NCBI RefSeq assembly: GCF_036365525.1
Contig: NC_090379.1
Span: 48,912,329-48,976,328, forward strand
Source: Heterodontus francisci
Lineage: Eukaryota
Direction of reading: 5' to 3'
Length of the DNA: 64,000 nucleotides
The notes beneath the pieces are model-generated. The model worked only from the letters and a program-made list of their open reading frames with translations, was not told the DNA's origin and did not search any database. Positions 25,466 through 38,628 of this stretch are shown piece by piece. The stretch's first letter is position 1. Every line of letters starts with the position of its first letter. A program made the position numbers and the translations under genes.

Positions 25466-27322
25466 GCATAGACTTACAGATTTGTGATGTCTACTTAAGG
25501 GCAACTTTAAGCAAGCCCTTGTAAACAGATTTACTGTAGAGTGAAGATGCATTGATTTCTAAGAAAGTTGATGTATCCTGTGCATATGACTGTAGTAAAC
25601 ATAGGTAATTCTATGTTGCTAGGCAATTTAGATCACAGCAGCTCCATTATTTCACTGATGATATCATAATAAAGCAAAGGCCACTGTAAATGACAAATAA
25701 GTTAAAAGGAGTACTGCTGCCTATTTTAATTACAAGATTTTAAAATTATCTCTCTCTTTTTAAGCTTTTCATGCATTAGAGTCAAAAAGACAAGTACCTG
25801 AAAAATACTTCAACATCTCTGCCAATGCCACAATGTAAGAGCTGCAAAAAGGTATGCAAGTGTGACCTGGTAGATTTAGCAGCGAATTTTCTATCTCCCC
25901 CAAACCGAATGGAGAAGTAATTAATTTCTATTGACATTTACTATCATTCCAAAATCCAATCAGGAACAAACTCACCAGGTGGTGAATTGCAGTTGTAATT
26001 ACTGATTAACTAATAGGAGTTCTATAAGAGTAAACTGAATATGATGGGATTTCTTGCTCCCCTTACTATTTATTGAGGGGAAAAAATGTTGTTTGAGAAA
26101 TGACTATTCATTTTTATGTTTTTGTTGTGAATGGCGAGAATAGCCTTCCAAAATGCATTTCCTCACTCTTACATCATTGAACCTTTGCCAATACGGTGGG
26201 CAGATTTCTTGTTCTAGCCAACAAGCTTTCACCTAGAACTGTATAACAGTGCATTGCTGTGAAATTTTTCCTCCTCACTGAGATCCATTTGGCCTTGATG
26301 AACATCTATGAAGGTCAGAAATCGACATTCAGAACTCCAGGGGTGGATAGTCTCCATAATATCCATTTTAAGGACTGGATCTCATGTGCATTGGGCCAGC
26401 TGGCTGTGGCTGGAAATCAAGTGCCCTGGGGCAGCCTGCCAGCTCTGGGCTGCCACAGTATTAGGCAACCTGACCGGTCTTGGGCAGAGGTTCTTGAGGT
26501 ATGTAGTGGGGCCTGATCTGTGTAGGGGAGCATTAGCAGCTCCAACTGGGCTTCTGAAGCATGGAAGAACACTTCTGCTTTTCACTGCTTCACAAAAATG
26601 AAGAGGAACTCACCTTCAGGACCTGCTTCAGCCAGACTGCCACCTGATGCAGGTCAGTAATGGCAACTGGGGTCCTACATTCATCATAGCGCCCCGATTA
26701 GCAATGCAAATAGACCTACTGGCTGACTTGGGTGGCTCTTGCTGTTGGGCAGTGGAACTGGGAAAATATTGCTGCAGATAAAACAGCAGCAACGGGTGGT
26801 AGGTCACTTCCCACCATATCTGGGTTTGTTGTCCCATTTCCATTGAGCTGGAGACCTCAAAATTCACCCCATATATAGGCCTAAAACCCTCAAAGTACTA
26901 TTCAATAACTTAGTACATTTGTACACCTACATTTTTACTACCACACTACATTCTCATTTGCCCTACATTAAAAATTGAAGTTGCACATGCAAATGGGTGT
27001 TTCCCATCTGACATAACTAGATAGGGAGTCCACTATTTTGTTGGAACTTGTGTATGATGTCAGATATAGAACACATTGGTTTTAATGTACTGCTACAAAG
27101 TCTTGAGCTTCATTCCTTAAAAATCACACCAGAATAATTAGATTACACAAATGAACAGTTAGTGTGTTTAACAATTAACACTAGCCTAGAAATACAAAAT
27201 TACAAGCAAATCCTAATCATAGAATTCTAACATACTAAGTTCTGAAGCAAGGTGCAAAATACCTTCAACAGTATTGAAGACATTGATATCAGGAATATTT
27301 TTCAGCAGCAGCTACATCTCAA

Positions 27323-28130
27323 ATAATAAAACAAAAGCAAAATACTATGAATACTGGACATTTGAAAATACTAGAAACAAATCAACAGGTCAGACAGCAC
27401 CTGTGGAGAGGGAAACAAAGTTAGCATTTCAGGTCGATGTCCTCACCTTCCACCCCACCAGCCTCCACATTCAATAGATCCTCTGCCACCTCCAGCGTAA
27501 TGCCACCATCAAAACACATCTTTCCCTCCCCTTTCAGCATTCCAAAGGGATTGTTCTTGCTGTGACACCCTAGTCCATTCTGTCCTTCCTAGTACATTTC
27601 CAATTTAACATTGAGTTTAACAACATTAGATCTCAGCCACCACTCCGATTCCCTATCAGACAACAGATACTGGTAACGGAGAATGCTTGTACCAGAACTA
27701 CTGGGAGTGGAGATGTGGGTTAGTGTTTGGATGGGGATGGCCTATTGGAATACAGCCAGTGGGTGGTCCGCACCTGAGGTTTACCTGTCTTTCTTATGCG
27801 ACTTTCCTGGTCGCAGCAACACTCTCTGCTTTGCCAGATTTTCCAGCATTTCCCCCACCAGCACCACTCCTGCTATTTTGTATACACCTCGTCTTGATCC
27901 ATTTATTGTCTCTTTTCTTGTGCAAGTAGCATCTCCTTATGCCTTGTACCATCATCCATTTTGTTAGTCAATCACTTAGCCTCTAACCTTTCCCTTGCCT
28001 CTGCAATTGCTTAAAAGTGGTTCATCTCCAACTTCTTTCAGTTCTGATGAACGGTCATTGATCTGAAACACAGACTGTGTTTCTCTCCCCAACTTGCTGA
28101 GTGCTTCCAGCATTTTTTGTTTTTATCTCA
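27323..28130 (+). mobile_element. Truncated Penelope-like element (inverted 5' pLTR, ORF remnant, 3' pLTR)
   Basis: Inverted repeat at 27323-27437, then VLTFHPTSLHIQ..TIKTH..AFQRD..DTLVHS and NIEFNN (PLE ORF C-terminal signatures), then a pLTR with CTGATGA at 28044. Confidence 0.75.
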
Positions 28131-28354
28131 AATACTATGTTCCGTTCTGGTCACCAAGATATGACAATAATCCAAGCTCTAGAAATGGTCCTTAATGTCA
28201 GAGAACTACGAGTAAAGGTTAGAAAAATGTGGACCCTTCAGCATTGAAAGGAAGCAAATAAGAGAAAACGCTACAGATACGTGATACTAAGGGCGATAGC
28301 AAACGTAAACTCTGACAATTATTTCAAGTTACATGACAACTGCAGGAAAAGAAA

Positions 28355-29045
28355 CAGACTTGCGTTTTAAAAAGTGCCTTTCATGACCACTGGACATCTC
28401 GAAGTTCTTTACTGCCAATGAAGTATTTTTGAAGTGCAGTCACTGCTGTAATGTAGGCTGTAACGTGACAGCCAATTTGTGCACAGCAAGCTGCCACAAA
28501 CAGCAATGTGATAATCTGTTTGTGATGTGGATTCAGGGATAAATGGAGTGAGAACGGATCTGGCACTTTTTAGGCAGCAAGTGGTTAGGATCTGGCATGC
28601 ACTGCCTGCATGTGGTGGAGGCAAATTCGATCGGGGCCTTCAAAAGAGAACTGGACAATTATCTAGAGAAAAAGTTTGCAGGTTATGGGAAAAGGCAGGG
28701 AGTGGGACTAGGCGAGTTGCTATTGCAGAGAGCCAGCACAGACATGAGGGACCAATGGCCTCCTTCCATGCTATAACCATTCTATGATTCTAAATATTGG
28801 TTAGGACACCAGGGATAACTCCCCTGCACTTCTTCAAAATAACGCCATGGGGTCTTTTACCTCAGAGAGCTCTGATTAATGTCTCATCTGAAAGACAGCA
28901 CCTCTGGCAGTGCAGCATTCCCTCAGTACTACATTGGAGCGTAGGCCTTGATTTTTGGTGCTCAAGTCCTGAAGTGGGACTTGAACCTGGAACCTTCTGA
29001 TTCAGAGGTGAGAGTGAGACCAACTGAGACACAGCTGACACTGAC
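28355..29045 (-). mobile_element. Deu-domain SINE split by a CR1 3' fragment (~28530-28790, plus)
   Basis: Head at ~28960-29045, core at ~28875-28930 and tail at 28355-28525; same family as 21377-21795. Confidence 0.7.
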
Positions 29046-30299
29046 AAAAAGGGGACAAAGCAGTAAAAGGCAAGTTTCAAACTGATGTGAGGAAGCACTT
29101 CTTCACAGTAAAAATTATCATTGTTGCTGAAGCTAAGATATTGGAGGCAGAAACAAGTCATTCAAGAGGCAGTTAGATGGGGCGGGTTGTTGGGGAAGGG
29201 GGTGGCCGGTGCACAGGTTGGTGCTGAGGGAAGGAGCATCACAGGCATCAATGGCAGGAAGAGTCAGGTCTAATATGGCCCTCCCCATCTGTATTTCTCT
29301 GTATGAAAATGCAGACAGGTTCCAGTACAATGAGGTACAGTGTGCTTTATTATATAGCAACTGCACTGTTAGGCAACTGATCATTTTGAATATTGCCAAA
29401 ATTATAATAAACAGATTTGTTACCAACACAGACCTCCTTTGGCAGTCTGGGGTGTGGAACACAGGTATTATGTTCATTCAAGCTGTCCCGTTAAGGTTAC
29501 TGCTCAAGTACTGCTTGTGGGATTCCAACATAGTAAATTGCTGATGTCAATTAGAGAGGTCAGTCTTTGCAAGAGTGTAAGCAGTCCAAAATTAATTTGT
29601 AGTTGAACTAAGCTCGCAGGTGCATAATTATAATTTAAAAGTGATGTCTGTGTACACTTCCTATGGTCAACTTTTCCAATATACATCTGACGCTAATCAC
29701 TTTTATAATGGAAACTGCCTATGTAGATTTGCCATTATAAATAATATCCTCCCACCCCTGATGGTACTGCAGAGATTTAATCTTGCATCTTCCTGCCCTT
29801 AGCCTAAGAATCACTGAGCCCATTGTGCATGTCCTCTAAAAGAGCTACCAATTAGTCCCATTCCACTGCTCTTTCCCCAAAGCCCTGCATTTTTTCCTTT
29901 TTAAGTAGTGATCCAATTCCCTTTTGAAAGTTATTATTGAATCTGCTTCCACCACCCTTTTCAGCAATTCCTCCAAATCAAACACTTGCTGAGTAAAAGA
30001 AATTCTTATCTCTTTTTTGTTAGAAAGAAACTCCTGTGCTCCAACAAACCCTATTTTGCAGCTTCCCAAATTACTGCAAGTTTGGTAATTAACTATAAAT
30101 TGTGTAAAATCAAGGCATTATGCAAAATAAGGAACAAATATATGACTTTAAATGGAGGTCGAATTACATCTGTGCACTTTGTTTCAATTATCCCTGCCTT
30201 CTAATCCTGCTTCACTTGAAGCCAAGACTTGGTCTTTACTCCCTATGTGCAATGCCCTAGGAGACTAACACGCATATATATTATATAGAACAACCACCT

Positions 30300-31165
30300 A
30301 TATTTATATAGTGCCTTTAAAGAAATAAAATATCCATAGTGGGTGCACAGGAGCATTATAAAACAAAGTATGACAGCGAGCCACAAAAGGAGATATGACC
30401 AAAAACGTTGTCAAAGAGGTAGATTTTAAGGAGTGTCTTAAAGGAAGAAAGTGAGGCGGAGAGGCACAGAGAGGGTATTCCAGAGCTTGGCGCCTAGACA
30501 ACTAAGGCACAGCCACCAATGATGGAGTGATTAAAATCAGGGATGCAAAAGAGGCCAGAATTAGAGGAACGCAGATATCCTGGAGGGTTGTGGGGCTGGA
30601 GAAGATTACAGAGCTAGGGAAGGGGTCAGCCATGGAGGGATTTGAAAATAAGGATGTGAATTTTAAAATCAAGATGATGTTTGACTGGGAGCCAATGTAG
30701 GTTAGCAAACACAGGGGTGATAGGGGAATGGAACTTGGTGCGAGTTAAGTCATGGGGGCAGAGTTTTGGACTATTGGAATAGTCAAGTCTTGAAGTAACA
30801 AAGGCATGAATGAGTGTTTCAGCAGTAGATGAGCTGAGATGGGCGAAGCCGGGCAATGTTATAGAGGTGGAAATAGACGGTCTTTGTGATGGCACGAATA
30901 ATGAGGTCAGAAGCTCATCTTGGGTCAAATGTTAAAGTTGCGAACAGTCTGGCTTAATCTCAACTTGTTTCCTGGGAGAGAGAGATGGAGTTGGTAGCTG
31001 AGGAAGAGAGTTTGGAACAGGGACTAAAAACAATAGCTTCAGTCTTCCCAGTATTTAATTGGGGGAAATTTCTGTTCATCCAGTTATGAATGTTGGATAA
31101 GCAGTCTGATCATTAAGCAACAGTGGATGAATCAAAAAAATGGCGGTGAGATAGAGCTGAGTGAC
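30300..31165 (-). mobile_element. L2 LINE 3' fragment
   Basis: AETLIHAFVTSRLDYSNS..PITPVFANLHWLPV..FKI is typical of the L2 ORF2 C-terminus. Confidence 0.85.
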
Positions 31166-32229
31166 ACAAGTACATATACGTGTATATATCCTTTAGTTAA
31201 TTTGGTCTGTAGACTCAAAGGAGTAATATATTGATAGAGCCAAACTCTGTTCTGAGCAGAGGAAAAGCCAAGTAGCACAGCAATTATAAAATTCAGTAGA
31301 TAAATTTCCACAATAAATGTTGATTTAGGAAAGCCATTAATCTCAAGTCAAGTAGTATCTTATTCTTAGAATAAATTATCATCTATTTTTAGGGCCTTTT
31401 CTTTATCTCTGCACAAGGATGAAAAACGATTATATCGCTCAGAAAAGAATGAGATTTAAACTATAGAGCTCATTGAGGAAACTGATAAAATAATTTTGTT
31501 TAAATGTTACCATAGGTTTTTTCAATATTTTTGCTCAATACAAGATCTTTCAGACTACAACAGCCTCTATTCCATCATTTGCTGGCATTAACTTGAAGAT
31601 TAAAATACATCCAAAAGTTCCAAGAGAGCATTCATATAAAGTACAGCTACAAAATTTGGTGAGAACAGAATGATACCATACAACTTTATGCCAGACCATT
31701 TTCAATATTTGTAACATTCAACATTTGTAACATTCTAGTACTCTAACAGTGTACCATCTGATTTGTGCAATGGTAAGTGGGAATAGACAAATTGAGATTT
31801 CTGTTGTATTAAAGATATAATGTATGTTTAGGATATAACATTTGAAAAGTTTCCATATCAAGAAAAAAACTTGCATCGAAATAATGCCTTTCAGACTATC
31901 TGGTTACTACCTCACTGCTATTTGTGAGGCTGTGTGCAAACTGACCGGCACACTTCCATTCAATACACATACTACACTTCAAAATTAATTCATTGGCTGT
32001 GAAGAGCTTTGGAATACTCCGAGATTGCGAAAAGCACTATTATCAATGAAGCTGTTTCCTTCCTTTCAAGGAATTGAGTTTAGATTTAGGGTTTAATAGA
32101 GAGTAATTAATGGGGCAGAGGAAAGAGATGGTGGTGCAAACTGGTCATGAGATCGAACATTGCCAGACTTCTGGCAAGCAGTGGTGAGGCCAGGTCCTCA
32201 TCAAGCAGAGAAAGACTTCAGTGGAGTGA

Positions 32230-32780
32230 GAAAGTATTTTGCTTTAGGAGCTGTAACCAAGTGAGTTGGCAAAAAGCTAGGTCTATTTACTTTAGAAAAG
32301 TATAGACTCGGTGGAGCGGTATTTGCGTAAAATAATGGAGACAGTCTATTTGCGTGTAGATTATTTCAATTAGATCAGTTAGGGAGAACCAGGGATTATG
32401 CATATACAGAAGAGTAGGTTAGATGTCAGAAAAATTCTTCTTTCCAGGAGGACTGTTCACTTATGGTATAAATTGCAGGCTCATGCGGTGAATGTTCCTG
32501 GGTGGTGGAAATTATACCATACAAAAAGGAGATACACTAAGTAACACTGATCACAGTCAATATGTCTCCTGGACTCGTTTTGATTGCCATAGGGGGTTAG
32601 AGAGGAACTTCCCAGACTGCTTGTCCCCCTCAACTGGCAAGGAAATTCTGCCTCAACCAGATTACATGGCTGATGGGAATCATGATACTGAAGGAATCAT
32701 TGAATGTGGCAGGATGGATGGGACCAGTTGTCCATCCCTTGGATTGGAGACGTTTTCAGGGAATTCACTAATTGTTGGTA
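32230..32780 (+). mobile_element. Old CR1-like 3' fragment
   Basis: Degenerate LGLFTLEK..L and FFPGGL..LWYKL remnants. Confidence 0.5.
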
Positions 32781-33067
32781 CAGTCAAAGGTCTGGGACTT
32801 TCTGTTGAGGTGGATGAGATTATCAGATGGCCTGCTCGCTCCATACCCTGTAAAATGGGCTCACTGTCAGCCTTGGACACAGAGCCATGCGACACCGCTC
32901 GCCCAACCGGCGCTCCCAAACCGCGCGTCCAGGTCACGCGTACCAGACCGGAGGGGAGTCAAGGTCGCTCCCACACCCGATCAAACCTACCATAAATTCG
33001 GTTCCAGACTCTTACACTCTCACCGACAAGAAGCGACCCAGCTGCAGAATCTCTACCCTAATCTCAC

Positions 33068-33130
33068 CTGAAAACGCTCGAGAAGGTTTTGATCGCACGC
33101 ATGCGTGCAACCGACTCCAGACGCTGCTTC
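33068..33130 (-). other. BAG5: Candidate non-coding first exon of BAG5
   Basis: Minus-strand donor CAG|GTGAGA at 33068/33067 inside the CpG island; transcription start unknown. Confidence 0.5.
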
Positions 33131-33222
33131 ACGACAGGAAGTCGTTGTGGTTGCCTCGCTGCCGTAAACTGTGACGGCCCAGGGTGAAGTGCCAGGAGGA
33201 AGTGTACGTTTTTTTTTCAGTG

Positions 33223-33393
33223 ATGAGCTGCAGGTCCTGGAGTATGGTTGCATCTTTTGGAAAGCTGTTTCGGGGAAGAATATTTCACAGTACTCGGGTA
33301 AAGGGAGCTGAAGCGGAGAAATGCGCAGTGCTGTCAGGAAGGTGCTGTCCAATCTCGAATAGTGCCGCTGATCGAAGTGAAAATAGGGCCGAG
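33223..33393 (+). CDS. COA8: COA8/APOPT1 coding exon 1 (putative mitochondrial presequence)
   Basis: ATG at 33223 (alternative at 33244); R/S/K-rich N-terminus; phase-0 donor GAG|GTAAAT compatible with exon 2. Confidence 0.75.
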
Positions 33394-33559
33394 GTAAATG
33401 AGAAATTTTCCCACCTCCAGTAACGTGAACGATCGCCAGGGTAACCACACCGTCATTCGAAGCTTGTTAGTTCATGGTTATATGTAAAGTGAATCAAATA
33501 TTGTACCGCGGTTATATTTTCCCCTGCAGGCTACGTTAACCAAGATTTGAGTTATTAAT

Positions 33560-33850
33560 GTATAGGCGTGTCATATTCTGAGCAGTACTGCCAGAAATAA
33601 GTGAAGAACATAGGAAAATTTTCATCACAGTGTTCAGAAAAGATAACGAGAAAAACGGAGGTAAGGCTGCAGTACTCATTAGGAAACACATTGTATTTTT
33701 GGGAAAAAAAGGATGCCCTTGAGGGGGCAAGAACAGAATCCATTTGGTTACAGTTGAGAAGGAAAAACGGTATGATCACGCTATTGCAGGTATTTTATAG
33801 GGTTCCAGCGTTTAAAGAAGGGGTGTAAGAGAGAGGGAAGATTCTGAGTT
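33560..33850 (+). mobile_element. CR1 endonuclease fragment
   Basis: EGARTESIWLQLR..ITLLQVFYR peptide. Confidence 0.7.
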
Positions 33851-33911
33851 GTAATTAAATGATGTTTGAATCCTGTTATTCCTAATTGTTACGTTTACTT
33901 GGTTTTAGACA

Positions 33912-34250
33912 GTCATAGAGAGAGAGAGTCAGAGTGATAGAGCACTGAAACAGGCCCTTCAGCCCACCAAGTCTGTGCCGACCAACAACCACCCACTTAT
34001 ACTAATCCTACATTAATCCCATATTCCCTACCACATCCCCACCATTTTCCTACCACCTACCTACACTAGGGGCAATTTACAATGGCCAGTTTACCTATCA
34101 ACCTGCAAGTCTTTGGCTGTGGGAGGAAACCGGAGCACCCGGCGGAAACCCACGCAGTCACAGGGAGAACTTGCAAACTCCGCACAGGCAGTACCCAGAA
34201 CCGAACCCGGGTCGCCGGAGCTGTGAGGCTGTGGTGCTAACCACTGCGCA
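33912..34250 (-). mobile_element. HE1-type V-SINE
   Basis: Same family as 9383-9735. Confidence 0.88.
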
Positions 34251-34323
34251 GTGGTTGAGCCCTTATGATTTTATAAACATGATATTTATAACTGTGGAAA
34301 TTAAAAATGTTATTTGTGCAGTA

Positions 34324-35230
34324 TGTGATAAGCTATTTGTTAAAATGTTTAATTACAGCAGTTCAGAAATACAGTAAGTTAAGAAAACTTTACGCTGATA
34401 AAGCTTTCTTTTTCCCAAGGCGGGGAAGTGTCATGGAATCTGCAGTCTGTAGGATCCTGGGGAGTGTGTGAGCGCTGTCCGCTGAACTGATGGCTTGTCG
34501 AATGTTCTGTTAGGTGTGCTAGCCCTGATTGCAGAGACTTTTTTTTTGGATAAGACTGTCCTAACAGAAATTTAAACACAAACTTCAGGTTTTTCGGGAA
34601 CTAAAACTGGTTGGAATCAGATAAAAAGGAGGCAGAGCCATCTAAGTTCTGATGGCAGGAAGGTGCATTTTACAGGCAAGTTAAAGAAAGTGAAGATTGG
34701 ATCTAGGAGCAATTTCTGTTATTAGAGGAGCTGATTAATCAGACCCGACTGTAGAGTGCACAGGGCTTGTCACTAAAGGGCAAGGAAAAAGGATCCACGC
34801 TGTTAAGCCTGTTGTGAGCAGAACTGAGAAGGTTCTGGAGAAGTATGCTGTTTTTTGATCAACACTGTGCCTCTGGAGTTCAGGATTAAAGTGGAACTGC
34901 TGTCAGTTGGGAATTGGAGGCCGAATCTTAGAAGACAGGATTTGAAGATCTACCTGAGGAATTTGAGTATTGAAGAACTGTGTGACTCTAATTTGGTGCC
35001 CTACATGCTGAGTGAACTGCCCAGTAAATCAGTGAGATTCTGTTGTATCTGATAGTGAATGGGTAATTTGTAATATTGTGACCATGATTTGTCTGGTAAT
35101 TCCTGTTTAATTTATGTTTATTTTGGTTTGATAAAAGTTATAAAACTGCAATCGTCCGTTTGTTTTTTTTATTGGGGTCATTCGGTGAATTTGATTCTTT
35201 TGGTTTATTGGTCTCCACAGGGATCATAAA
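34324..35230. mobile_element. Possible solo LTR
   Basis: Starts with TGTGA and ends GATCATAA; LTR-like length; no clear TSD. Confidence 0.3.
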
Positions 35231-35231
35231 A

Positions 35232-38022
35232 ATGGACAAGGAAACCTCATGCTGATTGACACCTACTGCCCTCCCTCCCTCAGCTGATGAATCAGTGCTC
35301 CTCCATGTTGATCACCACTCTGGAAGAACCACTTAGTCTGGCAAGGGCACAGAATGTACTCTGGGTGGGGGAGTTAAATGTGCATCACCAAGAGGGCTTG
35401 GTAGCACCACTATTGACCAAGCTGGCCAAGTCTTGATGGAGATATCTGCCAGACTGGGCCTGTGGCAGGTAGTGAAAGAACCAAAATGAGGGGAAAAACC
35501 TACTGGACCTCACCAATGTACCTGTCGCTGATGCATCTGTCCATGACAATATTGGTGGGAATGACCACAATAAAGACCTTGTGGAGACAATGTCCCGTTT
35601 TCACACTGAGGACTAAAGCCTGTTTACCTGACCCAAACACTTACTAACCCGATCACGTGTCTGGTTCGGGTTGGGCCTGTATTCTGCGTCCAGCATTCGG
35701 GGTCGGGTCGGGCTGGACTACTGTTTTGTTTCATATTGTTTTCGTTTTAATCTACGATTTTTTTCTGTTTCAATAATATGTTCGTAATATTTGGGTCGGG
35801 TTGGGCATTAAAAAAAATTAAAGGACTCTGGCCCGGTTCGGGTTCAAGTTGGCTTTTGTCGGGTCAGGCCTGGTCCGGGTTATAATTTTATACCCGAGCC
35901 AGGCTTTACTGAGGACACGCTCCATCGTGTTGTCTGATACTACCACCGTGTTAAATGGGATAGATTCAGAACAGATCGAGCAGTTCAAAACTGGGCATCC
36001 TTGAGCTGTTGTGGGCCATCAGCAGCAGCAGAATTGTATTCCGCTGCAATCTGTAACCTCACGGCCTGGCATATCCCACACTTTACCATTACCGTTAAGT
36101 TAGGGGACCAACTTAATATGGAGTGCAGGAGAGCATGCCAGGAGCAGCACCTGACATACATACATAATGAGTTGCCAACCTGGCGAAGCTACAACACAGA
36201 ACTACATGCATGCTAAACAGCGGAAGCAGCGTGTTCTAGCTTAGCAATCCAACAACCAACAAATCAAATCAGAGCTCTGAGTTCCTGCCACATCCAGTTG
36301 TGAATAGTGGTGGGTATTTAAACAACAAACTGGAGGAGGAGACTGTACAAATATTTCCATCCCCAATGATGGGGGAGCCTAGCACATCAGTGCAAAAGAT
36401 AAGGGTGAAGCATTTGCAACCATCTTCAGCCAGAAGTGCAGAGTGGATGATCCATCTCTGCCTCCTCCTGAAGTCCGCAGCATCACAGATGTCAATCTTC
36501 AGCCAATTCGATTCACTCCACGTGATATCGAGAAATGACTGAAGGCACTGGATATAGCAAAGGCAATGGGCCCTGACAACATTCTGGCTATAGTACTGAA
36601 CATGTGCTCCAGAACTAGCCACGCCTCTAGACAAGCTATTCCAGTACAGCTACAATGCCGGCATCTACCCTTCAATGTGGAAAATTGCCCAGGTATGTCC
36701 TGTTCACAAAAAGCAGAACAAATCCAATCTGGCCAATTACCATTCCATCTGTTAACTTTTAATCATCAGCAAAGTGATGGAAGGAGTTGTTGACAGTGCT
36801 ATCAAATAGGACTTACTCAGCAATAACTTGCTCACTGCATAGTTTGGGTTCTGCCATGGCCTCTCAGCTCCAGGCCTCATTACAGCTTTGGTCTAAACAT
36901 GGACAAAAGAGCTGTATTCCAGAGGTGAGGTGTGAGTGCCTGCCCTTGACATCAAGTCAACATTTGCCCAAGGAACCTTGGCAAAATTGATGCCAATGAG
37001 AATCCGGGGTGGAGTTGGGGAACTATCCACTAGTTGGAATCATACCTAACACAAAGGAAGGTTGTTGGAGGCCAATCATCACAGCCCGCAGGACATCACT
37101 GCAGGAGTTCCTCAGGGTAGTGTTCTAGGCACATCTTCAGCTGCTTCTTCAATGACCTTCTGTCCAAAATCAGGTCAGAAGCAGGGATGTTAGCTGCTGA
37201 TCGCACAGCGTTCAGTGCCATTCGAAACTCTTCAGATATTGAAGCAGTCCATACCTGCATGCAGTATGACCTGAACTGATAAGTGGCAAGTAACATTTGC
37301 ACCACACATGTGCCAGGCAATGTCCATCTCCAACAAGAGAGAATCTAGCACCGCTGCAGTCCCCCACTATCAACATCCTGAGGTCACCTTTGCCCAGAAA
37401 CTTAAAAGAACCAGTTATGTAAATACTGTGGCTACAAGTCTAGTTCAGAGGCTGGGAATTCTGCAGCGAGTGAGTAACCTCCTGACTCCCCAAAGCATAT
37501 CCCGCATCTACAAGGCATAAGTCAGGAATGTGATGGAATGCTCTCCACTTACCTGGATGGGTACAGCTCCAACAACACAAGAAGCTCGATACCATGCAGG
37601 TCACAGCAGCCTGCTTGATTGGCACTCCATCCACCACCTTCAACATTTCTTTACACCGACACACAATGGCTGCGGTATGTATCATCTACAAGATGCACTG
37701 CAGCAACTCACCAAGACTCCTTTGTCAGCACCTTCCAAATGCACGAGCTCTACCACCTAGAAGAACAAGGGCAGCAGATGCATGGGAACACTAAGTTCCC
37801 CTCCAAGTCACACACCATGCTGACTTGGAACAATATTGTTGCGCTTTCACTGTTGCTGGGTCAAAATCCTGGAACTCCCTAACAGCACTGTGGGTATACC
37901 TATACCTCATGGAATGCAGAAGTTCAAAAGGCAGCTCACCACCACCTTCTCGAGGACAATTAGGGATGGGCGACAAATACTGGCCTTGCCAGCATGCTCA
38001 CATCCCATGAATGAATTAAAAA
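35232..38022 (+). mobile_element. Second CR1-group LINE, long 5'-truncated decayed ORF2 (endonuclease + RT)
   Basis: Endonuclease remnants (PPSADESVLLHV, WVGELNVHH), KAMGPDNI, GVPQGSVLG and IYKMHCSNSPRLL; 3' end CATCCCATGAATGAAT-A run. Confidence 0.85.
35614..35908. mobile_element. hAT-type MITE
   Basis: TIRs TAAAGCCTG / CAGGCTTTA; perfect 8-bp TSD CTGAGGAC at 35606-35613 and 35909-35916; internal TCGGG/CCCGA repeats. Confidence 0.85.
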
Positions 38023-38263
38023 AACTTACCTGAAGTGAACATGTACATCTACATCTCTATGTTGATCTCTGGTATCCACTTGTACCCGTGTATTCAAGTA
38101 TCAAATATAAAGCATTAAAAATTTCAGTTGCCAGACAAACATTCATGGAATATGTATTGTCACTGCAGTGGATTTACAGATGTGATCTTACAGTTTGAAC
38201 TTAATGCAATTTTAAGAGAAATGCTAATTCTTCATTATCTAAACTGAAATAAACCTTTTTCAG

Positions 38264-38461
38264 ATTTCAAGTTTTCAGCCTCCTGCAGACTCTCACCATG
38301 ACTGGGTTGGCCCTCAAGATAGATTTTCAAACCTAAGACCTATAAAGTTTTACGCCCTAAAGAATGAATCCGAATTGGAACAGCAGCTGAGGAAGTTAAG
38401 GATAGACACTCAGAACTGGAATCAGAAATTTTGGTCTAATCAGAACATAACTTTCAACAAG
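38264..38461 (+). CDS. COA8: COA8/APOPT1 coding exon 2
   Basis: TTTTTCAG|[58 protein letters not shown]|GTGGGT; matches the COA8 DWIGPPD..SNLRP motif. Confidence 0.96.
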
Positions 38462-38496
38462 GTGGGTATTATGAGTTGTTTAAGCTTGCACTAATA

Positions 38497-38628
38497 GTCA
38501 TAGTGGTACAGCATAGAAACAGGCCCTTCGGACCACTGCGTCCATGCCGACCATAATGCCTATCTATACTAATCCCACCTGCCTGCATTAATTCCATATC
38601 CCTCTATGCCTTGCTCATTCAAGTACCT
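38497..38628 (-). mobile_element. Short CR1/HER1 3'-tail fragment
   Basis: GAAACAGGCCCTTCGG..TATACTAATCC, shared with the SINE and LINE tails. Confidence 0.65.

Larger units (their letters stand above)
32885..33460. promoter_or_regulatory. CpG island / bidirectional promoter of BAG5 and COA8
   Basis: Local CpG enrichment; palindrome GCACGCATGCGTGC at 33095-33108 (NRF1-like); ETS-like AGGAAGT at 33136 and 33197; divergent exons on either side. Confidence 0.8.

Noticed and set aside
33184-33222. Acceptor-like TTTTTTTTTCAG just before the COA8 ATG, and the ORF extension from GTG 33184
   Set aside because: It lies inside the CpG promoter; nearby GT donors would give implausibly short introns. 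Treated as 5' UTR.
32492-33448. Several overlapping 85-167 aa ORFs
   Set aside because: GC-rich promoter and LINE remnant sequence with no recognisable protein similarity.
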